Source of the DNA: Pecten maximus
Taxonomy: Eukaryota
Length of the DNA stretch: 64,000 nucleotides
Direction: 5' to 3'
Assembly: GCF_902652985.1 (NCBI RefSeq)
Contig: NC_047018.1
Location: forward strand, 33,976,001 to 34,040,000
Below the pieces are notes generated by a model. That model made no database searches and was not told the DNA's origin. It worked only from the letters and a program-made list of their open reading frames with translations. Within the stretch, counting starts at the first letter, position 1, and each line of letters begins with the position of its first letter. A program made the position numbers and the translations under genes. Shown here piece after piece: positions 48,636 through 61,033 of the stretch.

Positions 48636-51621
48636 CTGCTTAAAAAAAAACATAAAGTAACCAACATCTTATGTGTCATAAAGAAATTGAGGTAACATAC
48701 AGTATATCAATGCCAAAAATCAGTACTTTGCAAAAATAGGTTTGATCTTTTGGAAGAATTAGGTTAGTGAAAAATCTCTCTACACGTTAAATAAATTTGA
48801 ATGGACGGTATAACTACTGTTTATGCATTTTGGTATTGAGTTTATGGTTCAAACTTTCCTATTTTGTTAAAATAAGTAATCATTTCTTATGCTCGTATTA
48901 TCATTTGATATTGTTACAATATGCGTTCTAAGTTATGTAATTAGTTAATTAGGCAAGTGCATCATCGATCAATTTGGGTTAAATTTATAGGCAAGGGAAC
49001 CAACTTTGATGGCACAAAGCAATGTATCGGAAAGTGGTCTCTAAGTGAAAAAAAATCTTTAGGCCGACCCCTATGAGACTTTCAGATTGCTTGAAACTTT
49101 TACTTGTTTAGTGGATACCTCGTTGCTACCATTATTAAACGAAATCACTTTGCTGACACTCGTTTCCGACTGTAATTATGTTTTTTGAAATAAAAAAAAA
49201 TAAAATGAAATATTTGTGCTCAAATATTGTCAAACCCTGACTTAGTTTTACTGTTTATTTGCGCGTGAGTATTTACATTTGCTCTTTACGTGACCGTATG
49301 GTTTGATGTTTTGGGCTTCCATAGTAGAAAGTCGACCGACTAGATCAATAACTGAAGTGGTATCCTAATGCCGATATTCAACATAAACGGTTAGTAAAAA
49401 AATATTCTTTCTAAATGTATTTGTAGAAAGTTAGTTTTGAGTATGTATGATTGCATTTGTTATTGTGTTTACCGAGTACGCAAGGGCACGTGCGTTAGAT
49501 TGTTTAAGTTACCTTTACTGATGAAAGGTAATTAATATTATGTATCGCTTGTAGACATATTTATACATAATATCAACTGTTGTAAGCATGTAATTATCAT
49601 ATTGTAGGCTTAATTTTAGCGTGGTATGGGGTCACATGTACACTTTGACTAATTTGGAAAGTACGGAAGCCAGGAAACACGATTGTCAACAGAGACTGTA
49701 CAGAGTTTGTCTGCGTTTGCACTAAAAGACAAATACAAACACTTGACTGAACCAGCCAAAGGGCCACAAATCAATGTACGTTATAATTGTGCGTTGTAGA
49801 GGACACAACACATTAGGGGATCTGTCAAGACGAAAACAAATGTTACGACCATACGTGATTTTGTATGATTGGACATTGACAATGTGACAAAACATTACAT
49901 TTCTGATAACATCAAAATAACAAAATACCAGTTCAAGGTAATGACATCTCCGATTGAGATATAATTCCCTCTTAGTGGCATTTTCAAAAGTATATTGAAT
50001 AGAGACACGCCGCTAAATGTTGTGAGAATAACCTAGACAGAGTTATAATAACCTTTAAATTCCAGAAGATATAATATCGCCACGGTGTCTATCAATATTC
50101 ACAATATCTTATGAATTGCTATTTACGTTACAGGATTTTTTTTTTCTGTGTGTGTGAAAAATGCCCCTGTTGACCTCCGAGTTTCCTAGACAAATAAACA
50201 TAGAACAACTAACAGGCAAGCGAAACTTTATTGGTCAAACATTTGTATATTTTCAGGCATATCCGACAGCGATTTTTGTAAAGGTAGTATCAGTTTTGAT
50301 TCGATTCATACACTAGGTCACTAAATATGTATTTATTACTGACGATTTTATATGGACAAGAAAGGACAGGTTTATATTACAGCAAATTAGATTAGGACAG
50401 GTTGTCACAATAATCAGGTAATAATTATTGCCGCAAATATGACAAGATTTGGACAAGTATTCCCTATAGACAGGATGATATTGAGACTTATCTGAGTGTA
50501 TACGGATAGGTAGTCATTGCTATCGACAATTTGACTAGATATCGACAAGTAGTCACATTCGACCAAGATATGTTTTTGTTACTTACGTTTGAGTGATAGA
50601 TATAACAGACGGTCTCTTAGGACAAGTCTGACTTGAAATCACGTTTTCTTGTCCGAAACAGGCGTGCATATCGTCTAGACAATGGACATCTCTCTCTACT
50701 TCTATAGTTAAATACTGTCCCATAAAACATCGCGTATGGCTTTTTTCATGTCCAAGGGGACATTGATTTTCACAATATTCAATTTGTTTGATGGACTTGT
50801 CATATTCAAGATTTCGCCACTAGTTCAATACGTTTTATTCTTAAGGGAAGTCCACATATTGGTTACCTTTACCATTTTGTCATGAGGATTAATCATCCTT
50901 AGAAATGATGGCCACACACAGAAGCATAATCTATACATCTATATGTGAAGGTTTCATCGATATCTTGAATAGCTGGAAACAACACTCAAAGGAGAAGAAA
51001 GTACGTTGTGTAAAGCAAAACAAAAATGATTAATTTCTTGCGCATTTCTCTAAAAGTTAAATATTGTCTGGCTGAGCCCTTCATACATAGAAACGAAGCC
51101 AAAACTCTGCGATAGTCCTGGTAGTCACTCCTTGGTCTTTGATTGGGTAAGTTGCCAAGATCATTCTGTGTCCATTTCAAAGTATTGCCCATATAACATA
51201 ACCATATCATTTGTCCAATAGGAGACTGTAAAAAACAAAATTCCTAAAATGTTCCTCCGATTGTTTAATTGTAAGTACGGGGGATACAACCAAATGGTTT
51301 TCCCCTGGTGATGGAGAACCCCATAGATATTGATGGACATTTTTCAATCAAAGCATCGCAAAGAAATGGCGCAATAAGGTTAAATTAAAAAGGGTAAGTC
51401 TAATGACTATAGCCACTAAACTTTAACCTTCCGCACACGTCGTGCATTTATTAGTCTTCAAATATTTGTTGGGTGGCGTGAACAAGATGTGATGCATTTG
51501 GAGTTGTCGTTTGTTTATTTACAACTCAATGAAACAGCAACATCGGTCATGTTTGGAGCTTAAAAAGTAACTTAATGTTCTTGTTCTGTCACTATAAACA
51601 CGAATTGTATAGGAAAGATCT

Positions 51622-51725
51622 CGTTTGTTTTGGGTTTGTGTTGTTTAACGTCCTATCAACAGCCATTGTCAATCAATGACCGTCAACCCTGTGTGCGGGC
51701 TGCATGCGCGTGGCGAGTGTGTTTT
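51622..51725 (-). mobile_element. 3' fragment of the Meta-domain SINE family
   Basis: TTGTTTAACGTCCTATCAACAGC..GTGTGCG..TGCATGCGCGTGGCGAGTG matches 29011-29095. Confidence 0.7.
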
Positions 51726-51990
51726 GATATTTCAATAATTCGAGAATGCACCACGCTTAAGTGAGCTACGTATTAGATTGGTCAGTGACCGCGATATCCC
51801 TGCCAGTAGCCAGTATCCACTATACTAGTTTTTAACTCTTCAGACGGTCGACGGTTAATGAAAAACGGAAATACATATGGTATCGGTGCTGCTATCTTTT
51901 GTAAATAAACTTTCATTTCTTATGATTGTTTTTGTGAATATAATTCTTTAGGGACTTTCTCTGTTCTTTTGTGTTTTTAAAATTACTGGC

Positions 51991-52117
51991 TAATCCAAAT
52001 TATGGGGTTAATCCAAATTATGGGGTTAATCTTAATTATGGAGTTTATCCAAATTATGGGGTTTCATGTAATCTAAATTATGGGGTTTATCCAAATTATG
52101 GAGTTAATCTAAATTAT
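51991..52117. repeat. 18-bp tandem repeat TAATCCAAATTATGGGGT, 7 copies
   Basis: Direct observation. Confidence 0.9.
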
Positions 52118-55100
52118 ACTGCACCCCAACTGCTGTATTTAAATTCGTGATTTCTACACATATGGTCTAAGTGTCACTAATCTAAGAAGGAAAAAACAAC
52201 TGTATAATGTAGTGTTATATTAAGTATCCGTCATACACATATTAAAAAGTGTGTCTTTTATATAAACCATTATCCATCTGTTCTGTACATTTTACGAACC
52301 CTTTTTAATGACTTAAAATATCAACAGCATCAAGATATCTTTTCTGTGGTCTGTTTGAACAAGCAAAATAGATGGGAATTCCCTCAGAATATTGTGCATT
52401 TAGGAATCCAGAAGTTGAGTGGAGGATCACTGGATTAAGGACGTTTGTACGCTGTTCACTTATATGTTCTGCTGGGAAATCAATTTCATTTCTCTGTAAG
52501 GCTTATTTCTTTATTCTTAAAATTTTTTAAATGTACAGACATATATCACACTGTTCGGCTAATAAGATATATTCTGTCATGACACTCAGGGTTGTGCGAA
52601 CGCTTGTAAATCGATCTGGCAACGTCTATGTAGAATTTCTACAAATCAAATATCGTATGGCTGTTTATATGGTAAATTTAGAAGTACAATTTGCATAGAA
52701 ACATAAGTAGATGCTTTTGTATATTTTTATGAAACGCATCATATGAAATCGCAACTTGCGTGGTACATTTATATCCCTTTAGCATACATTTTCAGGACAT
52801 CCGGTTTGTATATACGGTATCATTACTTACATCCCTATGATAACAACGTGCTAACTGCCTTGTGGATAAGTAAGCCAAGCCCGTCAGTAATATAGCAAAA
52901 TGAGTTTAAGAAGCAATTACCAGTGATTAATGGGGGCACTGTATTCTATAATCGCCTTCAGTGAATCCAGACGGGGATCAGTCAACACAGACTTATCACA
53001 TATTTTATACATATTCTCTATAAGGCCGGATAAAGGGTCGGGTCTAACCTGTCTAACCTGATGACACTATCATCAACATTTCTTCACAAAAGGAAATTTC
53101 AAAATGCCTCCATTCTCTTCAATGTTATTCGTAAAAATAAAGAATACCGTAGAAAATAACAATTTTATTGTTTCCTGTAGTCGGCACCAGTTTTAAAATT
53201 TCACGGTTCAACGATAAGCAACATCCTTTTTCTAGGTTGTTTCTTCACGATCCTTACAGACATTAGCTTTAAACCTAAAATAGAAATGCTTCCTTTTTAA
53301 AGCAAAAAGGGAACCATTTCGGATTATTAAGACAGATTTGTCAGTCTAAATATACCAGAGAGGGACATGTTTTGCAAATATACTGGCATTACAAATGTAT
53401 CGGTGACAGAAACGCTACTTGGTCGTCCATCAGGAAAACACATCCAAGCATGGTCCTTAATGAATACAGATGTCAGACGGCCAGCCATTCGTCACACTTC
53501 AGGGAATATTAGGTATGGTCTTCTTCCTTTATTTGACAGCAGGTCCCATTTAATTCGGTGCTATATTGCAAATGGTATATCTAAGCTCACTATAACCCTC
53601 CCATTTTGGTCTCAAATTATCGCTATTGATCATTCTATACTAGAAGCTACATCCTGTTAACGCCAGGTTAAGTATGCTAAGGTTTGTATTTATTTCAGCT
53701 TGTTACAATGTTTTGGTGCCAAAATTATACCTTAGAGTACATCAGAGGTAGAATAAGGGACTGACAATGGTATTCATCATTTCTGTTATATGTTAATTCT
53801 CTTCTAATTTGTCTAATGGTTGGATCATGTGGCCGTTTTAAAACAAAAAAATGTTGTCTTAAAGTTCGTGCAAAACAAATTTACGCCGATTTCGGGCGTT
53901 TCCACACATCTTTCGCGTCTTTTGGAACGCACAATGCTGTGACTTCCGTTTCCAAGATGGCGCACGACAGCCTGGCTTTGTCATATGCTAACATTAATCA
54001 AATAATCTACAATTCGGTTGCTAACAACACCACGATACCAGCAGATACAGCCATAAATGATGTCGGAGTATCTGGAGGGAAACGTATCGCAACTAACTTC
54101 AAGATGTTTATCAGTAAACGGTTTGACTACGTATTGCAAAACATAGTATACTGAGCAAACAAGTGTATCAAGCCTGATCCCGGTACCTTTTACCCAGGTA
54201 TCCAAAGACACTTGCTTGCTAGGTTGAAATGAGAGGATGCCAATTTGGGCTTTTCTGCGGCGTAGATTTTACAGGAAGATACTACAAGGTCAGCTGCATA
54301 TAGTTTGCTATTCAAAGCATCAGATATTTTCTGGGCTCAGACATGTATTGGGTCAAAGGGTGTATGTAAAATGCAAGTTTAATTTTTCGGACAGATACAA
54401 ATTCAATGTTGAAGCAAAAATGACATTTTAGAGGTTTCTGTTAAAGTCAAATGGTATCCCTTCTTTATAATCGCGAGGATTTAAACACTTGGTTCAATGC
54501 TTCAAGTATATAAATAAAAACCACCATTTTGTCACTTTCTTAATCGCGGGTTGATTTATTTCAAACAAAAATATAACCTGAAGCTTCGGTCAATACTTGG
54601 ATAAATCATACGGAGAAAACAATGATAACCTCGGTCTACGTCCACAATATGGAATTTTCTTTAGCCGATAAATCTCTGTTTCGTACTCAACTTAATACTA
54701 TTCATATTGTATTGATTTGCTTTATACAAACCTTTAATTGTGAGATAAGATATGACGTCAAGCTTTATATGCACTTTCATGAGAAAATTAAAGTTAGCGA
54801 AAATAATTTGCGATGGCAAGGAAACAGGAATTTGCTAATAGATTAAATTGTTTGCATATTTCTAGTTATAAATTTATTAACAACACTCTTGAGATAACAT
54901 TTGATTCACTTTCCGGTTTGTGTACATCTATTTGTTATTTTATGTAACAAAGCTAAATGTAACTATCAACTACCCTAATTTGTAATCTAATCTAGCAAAG
55001 GAGAAATAAACTAAACATTAATATCATATAATGTTAATTTGATATAAAGCAACTAAAATATAATTCACATTCGATGCTGTAAAACGTGAACCAAACAGAA

Positions 55101-56029
55101 GGAATCAACGTTAACTGTACTAAAACACCTTAGACGGTACTTTTCGATAGAAATAGTCAATAATCATCTGCGAACTAAGAGACGGTGATGCCATATGTCG
55201 ATCCTCGAATGTTTCTCGTCATCTAAGACGCATTACACGCATCTGTTGTCATGATACCGAATTAAAGCTAGATATCGGATTTTGATGACATACCTGACAT
55301 TTACAGTGTATGAATTTCGAAATAAAAATGAAACTGGTGCTTCTGTGGCGATCAATAGCAAAGCTGAATCATTCAATCAGTTCCTCGTATCTTTATCTAC
55401 AAGCACAACAGAAAAGGGGCTGTTAATTTCCATACCAGTGTCTTCAATATAATTGTTTCAACAGTTGAAACTAGGAAAAGAAACAATTTTCATATTGAGA
55501 ATAAAAATTAAGACTGCATACCTGTATTCCAACCTTCAAAATCATAAAAGGTATCCCTTGTAAGACCTCTCTGATAGATATATATATTATCTAACTCTAC
55601 AAATTTCAATCTTATTAATTTCTTAGCAACTGATACTTTCCTAGCAGAAAGCTTCAAAAATGTAACTCAGATATTGAATTCGTATGAGCTTTGAAATTAA
55701 AAATGTCATTTGCATCCCTCTGACTTTTGACCACCGATATTTATATTCTCATATTTTGAATACTATATGTAGCTGACCAACAGTTTCCTGCAAAATTGCT
55801 TATTACCGAGTGACTGCAGCTTGGCACCTCTCCTTTCAGATCTATATCTTTTCTTTAAACAAAATTACTTTTGTCTCTAATCTCCTCTGTCCACACGTTT
55901 GACCTTGAGTTGAGATGCTTACATTTAACAGAAATGTTCGCTTTCGTTGACATACCAAAGTAATATAAATTGAAATTGATGTTCCCTGCTTGATACTAGG
56001 TACGGGGGACGATGGAGAAGGAGACATAC

Positions 56030-56205
56030 AAGGCTCATTCTGTTGTCAGTATAATGTACCGGGGGATATGCCATGCAAATGTGACATCAACGCGATATTA
56101 CTGTGAAACGGCACTACATGATTGTCTTACTCGCTGAAGTACGCTTCTTCTTTTAATGACTATAATGACCTGATATATCGCTGAACAGTAACAATCTATC
56201 AATCC
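56030..56205 (+). mobile_element. Old Meta-domain SINE fragment
   Basis: GTCAGTATAATGTACCGGGGG..ATATTACTGTGAAACGGCACTA resembles the Meta core; ends in a CAATC-type tail. Confidence 0.5.
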
Positions 56206-56269
56206 TTCAATGTACGAACAGTTGAGTTCAAGATAGTCTACGTTAATAATCTTTGTTTTGCGATCTTTG

Positions 56270-56775
56270 CTTATTGTTTTTGACCTATGACAATGACAAT
56301 TTTAATTGACCTTTGCTATTGGCATTTGTTGTTGACCATTCTTATTAGTCCCTATCGATGAAACCGAGGCGACTTAAAGTTTCCTCCCCGTCCGTTTGTC
56401 AGTCCGTCCACACACTCCACACTTAGCCATGCTTCATAGTTTGTTGGTGAAAGCTGGTATGTAGCTTTAGCTTGAGGCATCATAGATAAAGTTCGAGTTT
56501 CCAGAATTTTTGGGTCAATGTTACTGTTACTATATATAGTGGGGCCGATATTGGGTACGTGTTGCTTTAGCAATATTCTCAAAATGCTTGTTGACCTTTG
56601 TTTTTAACCATTTGCTTGACATTTGATAGATCATTGCTTTTTTGGCTTTTGTAATTGACCTTTGTTATTGACCATTTTTATTGGCGTTCGTAATTAACCA
56701 TTTTTTATTCACCATATTTATTAAACATTTTTATTAACCTCTGTTATTGACCTTTATTATTGACCTTTGCTATTG
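56270..56775. repeat. Degenerate short repeat (TTGACCTTTG[C/T]TA) array interrupted by a HINE-like element
   Basis: Units visible at 56270-56342 and 56590-56775. Confidence 0.65.
56343..56592 (-). mobile_element. Short Helentron-type non-autonomous element (HINE-like)
   Basis: Begins TTATTAGTCCCTATCGATGAAACCGAGGCGACT (inverse of the 28520 terminus), has a GTCC microsatellite, and ends ATGCTTGTT in a T-rich site. Confidence 0.7.
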
Positions 56776-57129
56776 AATGTTTGATATATTTTATCGTATA
56801 CCGATTAAAAACAAGAAAACGAAATTTGAGAAATTCCTTTATTCCGATAATTCACAAAAATATTTATAAGCATATCCTATACAATTATAATAATAATAAT
56901 ATTGGGTTTGTTGTATATCACTTTCAAAATGTTATCTTACACTGTGCAAAAGTCGCACTATATTTTCATATGAATCAAGAAACAAAGTACGTAATAACAT
57001 TGTTAGTACAGGAAGCAGAAAATTAAGTCATATTACAACTAACGTACAACAATATTGAAGTCATACTACCAACTGTTTAAAGAAACTCATCTCTTATATG
57101 ATAAAATGTTCAAAGGTGAAATAAAAAAT

Positions 57130-57836
57130 GTAACTATTACTGTATGACGTATAGTAACTACTACTGTATAACATGGATTAACTATAACTGTATAACATGG
57201 AGTAACTATAACTGTATAACATGGAGTAACTACTACTGTATAACATGGAGTAACTACTACTGTATAACATAGTAACTACTACTGTATAACATAGTAACTA
57301 CTACTGTATAACATGGAGTAACTACTACTGTATAACATGGAGTAACTACTACTGTATAACATAGTAACTACTACTGTATAACATAGTAACTACTACTGTA
57401 TAACATAGTAACTACTACTGTATAACATAGAGTAACTACTACTGTATAACATGGAGTAACTACTACTGTATAACATAGTAACTACTACTGTATAACATGG
57501 AGTAACTACTACTGTATAACATGGAGTAACTACTACTGTATAACATGGAGTAACTACTACTGTATAACATGGAGTAACTACTACTGTATAACATGGAGTA
57601 ACTACTACTGTATAGCATGGTGTAACTACTACTGTATAACATGGAGTAACTACTACTGTATAACATGGAGTAACTACTACTGTATAACATAGTAACTACT
57701 ACTGTATAACATGGAGTAACTACTACTGTATAACATAGTAACTACTACTGTATAACATGGAGTAACTACTACTGTATAACATAGTAACTACTACTGTATA
57801 ACATGGAGTAACTACTACTGTATAACATGGAGTAAA
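57130..57836. repeat. 22/24-bp minisatellite GTAACTACTACTGTATAACAT(GG)A, ~30 copies
   Basis: Direct observation; explains the YSSSYSML ORF. Confidence 0.97.
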
Positions 57837-58671
57837 TTCTTTAAAACTTGGGAGTCACTTCTGATATGTAACATGGAGAAACCATTTATCTAAAACATGG
57901 AGTTATTTCTAACATGTAACATTGAGTAATTAACATTTCCATCGACACAAAATAATGAAAACATCATTTGAAAGATAAACTGTTTACAACATTTTGAATA
58001 ACAAAATTATATCATTGTGTAAATAGTAAAAGTATGATACCAATATATCTTCTCATATTATAAATGTCTCATAGAATGGCTACAATACAACCGTTATTGT
58101 GAATAATGAAGGGGAAATACTCCAGTAAAATATATATATCATTTCCCGGGATATAATATAAAATAATTTCAAATTAAAAGAAAACTCAATAAAAAGATGA
58201 AAGCATATACACTTGGATTATATAACATAGCTTGCTGCATAAACCAGCTATTGTAAATAGCTTACTGAACGTAAAAACAGATATTCTGAAATGGTTATAT
58301 GTCTTAAAATATGCAGTTATTGTTTATCTTAAGTCTAAGAACATAATTTCTTTGAGTTCCCTTTTAAATCTGATAAATGCATTTCAATTACGATATGACC
58401 GATATGGGAGACTGATTTCATAAAATTGTACAAACATCAACGTGGCGTAGTTGAATAAGGACTAAATATTTAAGCTAGACAAAAGCTACATTTCTGCAGT
58501 GAACAATATCGCCATTATACTGAAACTCTGTTTCATCATAATTGTTCAAATCAATTTCTGCATGTAATAAAATATACATTTTGATACATAAATAATACAA
58601 TATGCATATACCTCAATAATAATTATATATATATATGTATACTTGTAAGGTATCTATATAAGGGACATGAT

Positions 58672-59040
58672 ATTACATCATAGTAATCCTCTTGTTTATA
58701 TAATAAATTATGACGTACTAACATCTGAGTCACTTACGAGTAGTACATCTGATTTTTCAGAGAAATACATACTCATCTTTACCCTAACTGAGGTACCTCA
58801 CAATAACCCTCTTATTTATCTTATGAATAATAACGTACCAACAACTCAGTTACTTTATGAGTTGTTCACTCAGTGAAAAAATATTTATACCGATCTCTAC
58901 GCTGACTAATTAGGTAGCTCATAATATCCCTCTGATTTGTATTATGAATAATGACGTACCAACATCTCAGTTACTTCATAATTGGTACATTTGATCACCC
59001 AGTGAAATGCATGCCCATCTCTACGCTGTGGTAATTCATA
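58672..59040. repeat. Three diverged ~120-bp tandem units
   Basis: Recurrent CCTCT..TT..AT.AAT.AT[G/A]ACGTAC[C/T]AACA.CT.AGT.ACTT..CAG.GAAA..ATCT.TAC blocks at ~58672, ~58792 and ~58914. Confidence 0.8.
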
Positions 59041-59454
59041 CTCCGTGTCTGATATCTTTGAAATGTACATTAAATCTCAAATTGCAATTCTATACCACAG
59101 TCTCTCAAAGAAATGCGATAACCCACTTGTTTGCTTCTTTAATGATATTGCATTATCCAATCTTGCGTTTTGAAACACGCCTACCATACACCCATTTTTG
59201 TGGAATGCCTTTCTCCGTTAGACAGACTAGTACTCTAACATTCATGTTTGTCCTGTTTGTACAATGTAAAGTATGCATGATATCTTCTCATACCTTAGTA
59301 AAGCATATATTCGGTGTCCCTTTAATCATCCAGCATAACAGAGAGTACCTGTTAATCTGTGTTACTACAGTCCATCTTTGTAGGTCTATACAATATAAAT
59401 CCATCCCTCCGCTTGCATAATGTATATAACTACATCACTAAATTATTTTGAATG

Positions 59455-59815
59455 ATATCCTACATATCTCCATCTCTCTGTGAAATATAATCCTATCTCT
59501 CAATTTCTCTGTAGAATATCGTTCAATATTTCCATTACTCTGTAGAATATGATTCCATCTCTCCATTATTCAGTTGAATACAATCTCATCTCTCCATTTA
59601 TTGTCGAAAATTATTCTATCTTTCAATTTCTCTGCCAAAACAATCCCATCTCCATTGATCTGTGGAATATAATTCAATATCTTAATTTTCTGCTGAAAAT
59701 ATTTCTATCCCTCCATTATTCTACTGAATATTAGTCCATCTCTCAATTACTCTGTCGAATATAATCCCATCTCTCCATTACTCTGCCTAATATAATTCCG
59801 TCTGTCGATTTCCAT
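59455..59815. repeat. Degenerate ~31-bp tandem repeat ATCTCTCCATTACTCTGTAGAATATAATCCC, ~11 copies
   Basis: Direct observation. Confidence 0.8.
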
Positions 59816-60714
59816 ATATATTATATATATATATTATGACATGTACCAGCCCTCAATATACTGGATGCCTGACTGACACACACACTTATCAAAACAACCT
59901 GTTACTTGCGCTAGCATGGTCTTAATGACATGCAAGCATTAATCTGTTAACGGTCTGTGATGGTAAATATCTGGGGGCTTCTAATATACAACATCAGCGA
60001 GAGTGTCTTCTACAGAAACTTTTCAAATTGACATTTAACCTGGCTTCAGTTAACTATACATGTATTTCTTCACTATTTTTTAATTAGATATCGAGTGTTC
60101 TGGATTCTTACAATAACACATTATGTTCACACGTGCCTTGCTTTCGTAAATTTGCAAGGAGATAGAAAACGACCTTAAGTGGCCTAGTTACATAAAAAGG
60201 TCCTGCACTATAAAGGTTATGAATAATGAATGTGTTCGTAGTTCCGGTCCTGATTCCGGACACGCAATTTCCTCTTCCATTTAGAAATTCGATATACATT
60301 GGTAACGTTTGAGACACTCCCGGTTATCGTCTGGGACTGTAACGGTCAACCTCCTCTGATGTCAAAGACAGACGGTCACTTTATTTGTCCAGCCTCTGAC
60401 CAGTCACGAATCCCTACATCCGGTTGATTAATCAAATATACGTAGACGATGAAGTAATATTCTCACTTCCGGTAGATTTAATATTCGCACTTCCGTTAGA
60501 CTGAGTAGTGAAGCACGGAGCTGACCGATACGTCTTGATAAATTTACAAATATAAAATATATCTAGATACATCTGCATCAGGATGAACGAGCACATGATT
60601 TCTGTTAGTGCCTGAATAGTTTACACAATGTTTAGCTTTCATCGAAAAGCTACTTCTTTTCATTTCGAAATGTTTCTAACCGTTAAAATAGTTTTAACCA
60701 AACAAAAATCAACC

Positions 60715-60720
60715 TTTATT
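60715..60720 (-). terminator. Candidate polyadenylation signal (AATAAA) of the GPCR gene
   Basis: First AATAAA on the minus strand downstream of the stop at 60795; the hexamer is common in AT-rich DNA. Confidence 0.3.
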
Positions 60721-60794
60721 TTACAGCAGTCGATAAAAAAGAAAAAATCAACAATTGACTACAATAACTCTGTTCTGTGCAGGACCAGTTAGAT

Positions 60795-61033
60795 TTATCG
60801 AGTAGATGTTATCCGTATATGATTCCCTTTCTCACTTCCGGTTGAATATCTAGGGGACGTAATCCATCCGGGTTGTTTTATAGTCACCGTGTTCATGGTG
60901 AACCTTTCAGTGCGAGGAATAGAGCTTCTATTACGTGCCGATGACGTTATACCCGGTGGAACAAGGGACGAGTTTTGGCGACGACGACACCGACAACAAG
61001 TCAAGGTCATTCGGAACTCCTTCCGGAACTTTG
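60795..61033 (-). CDS. Terminal coding exon of a rhodopsin-like (class A) neuropeptide GPCR, orexin/allatotropin-receptor-like: helix 8 plus C-terminal tail
   Basis: Acceptor TGTTTGTTATATTTCCAG then phase-1 (A)KFRKEFRMTLTCCRC: helix-8 F(R/K)xxF motif, palmitoylation-type Cys cluster, Ser/Thr-rich tail, stop TAA, AATAAA ~75 nt downstream. As I recall, orexin-type receptors have a phase-1 intron at the same S|[G/A]KFR position. Upstream TM exons were not found in 61034-64000. Confidence 0.75.
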
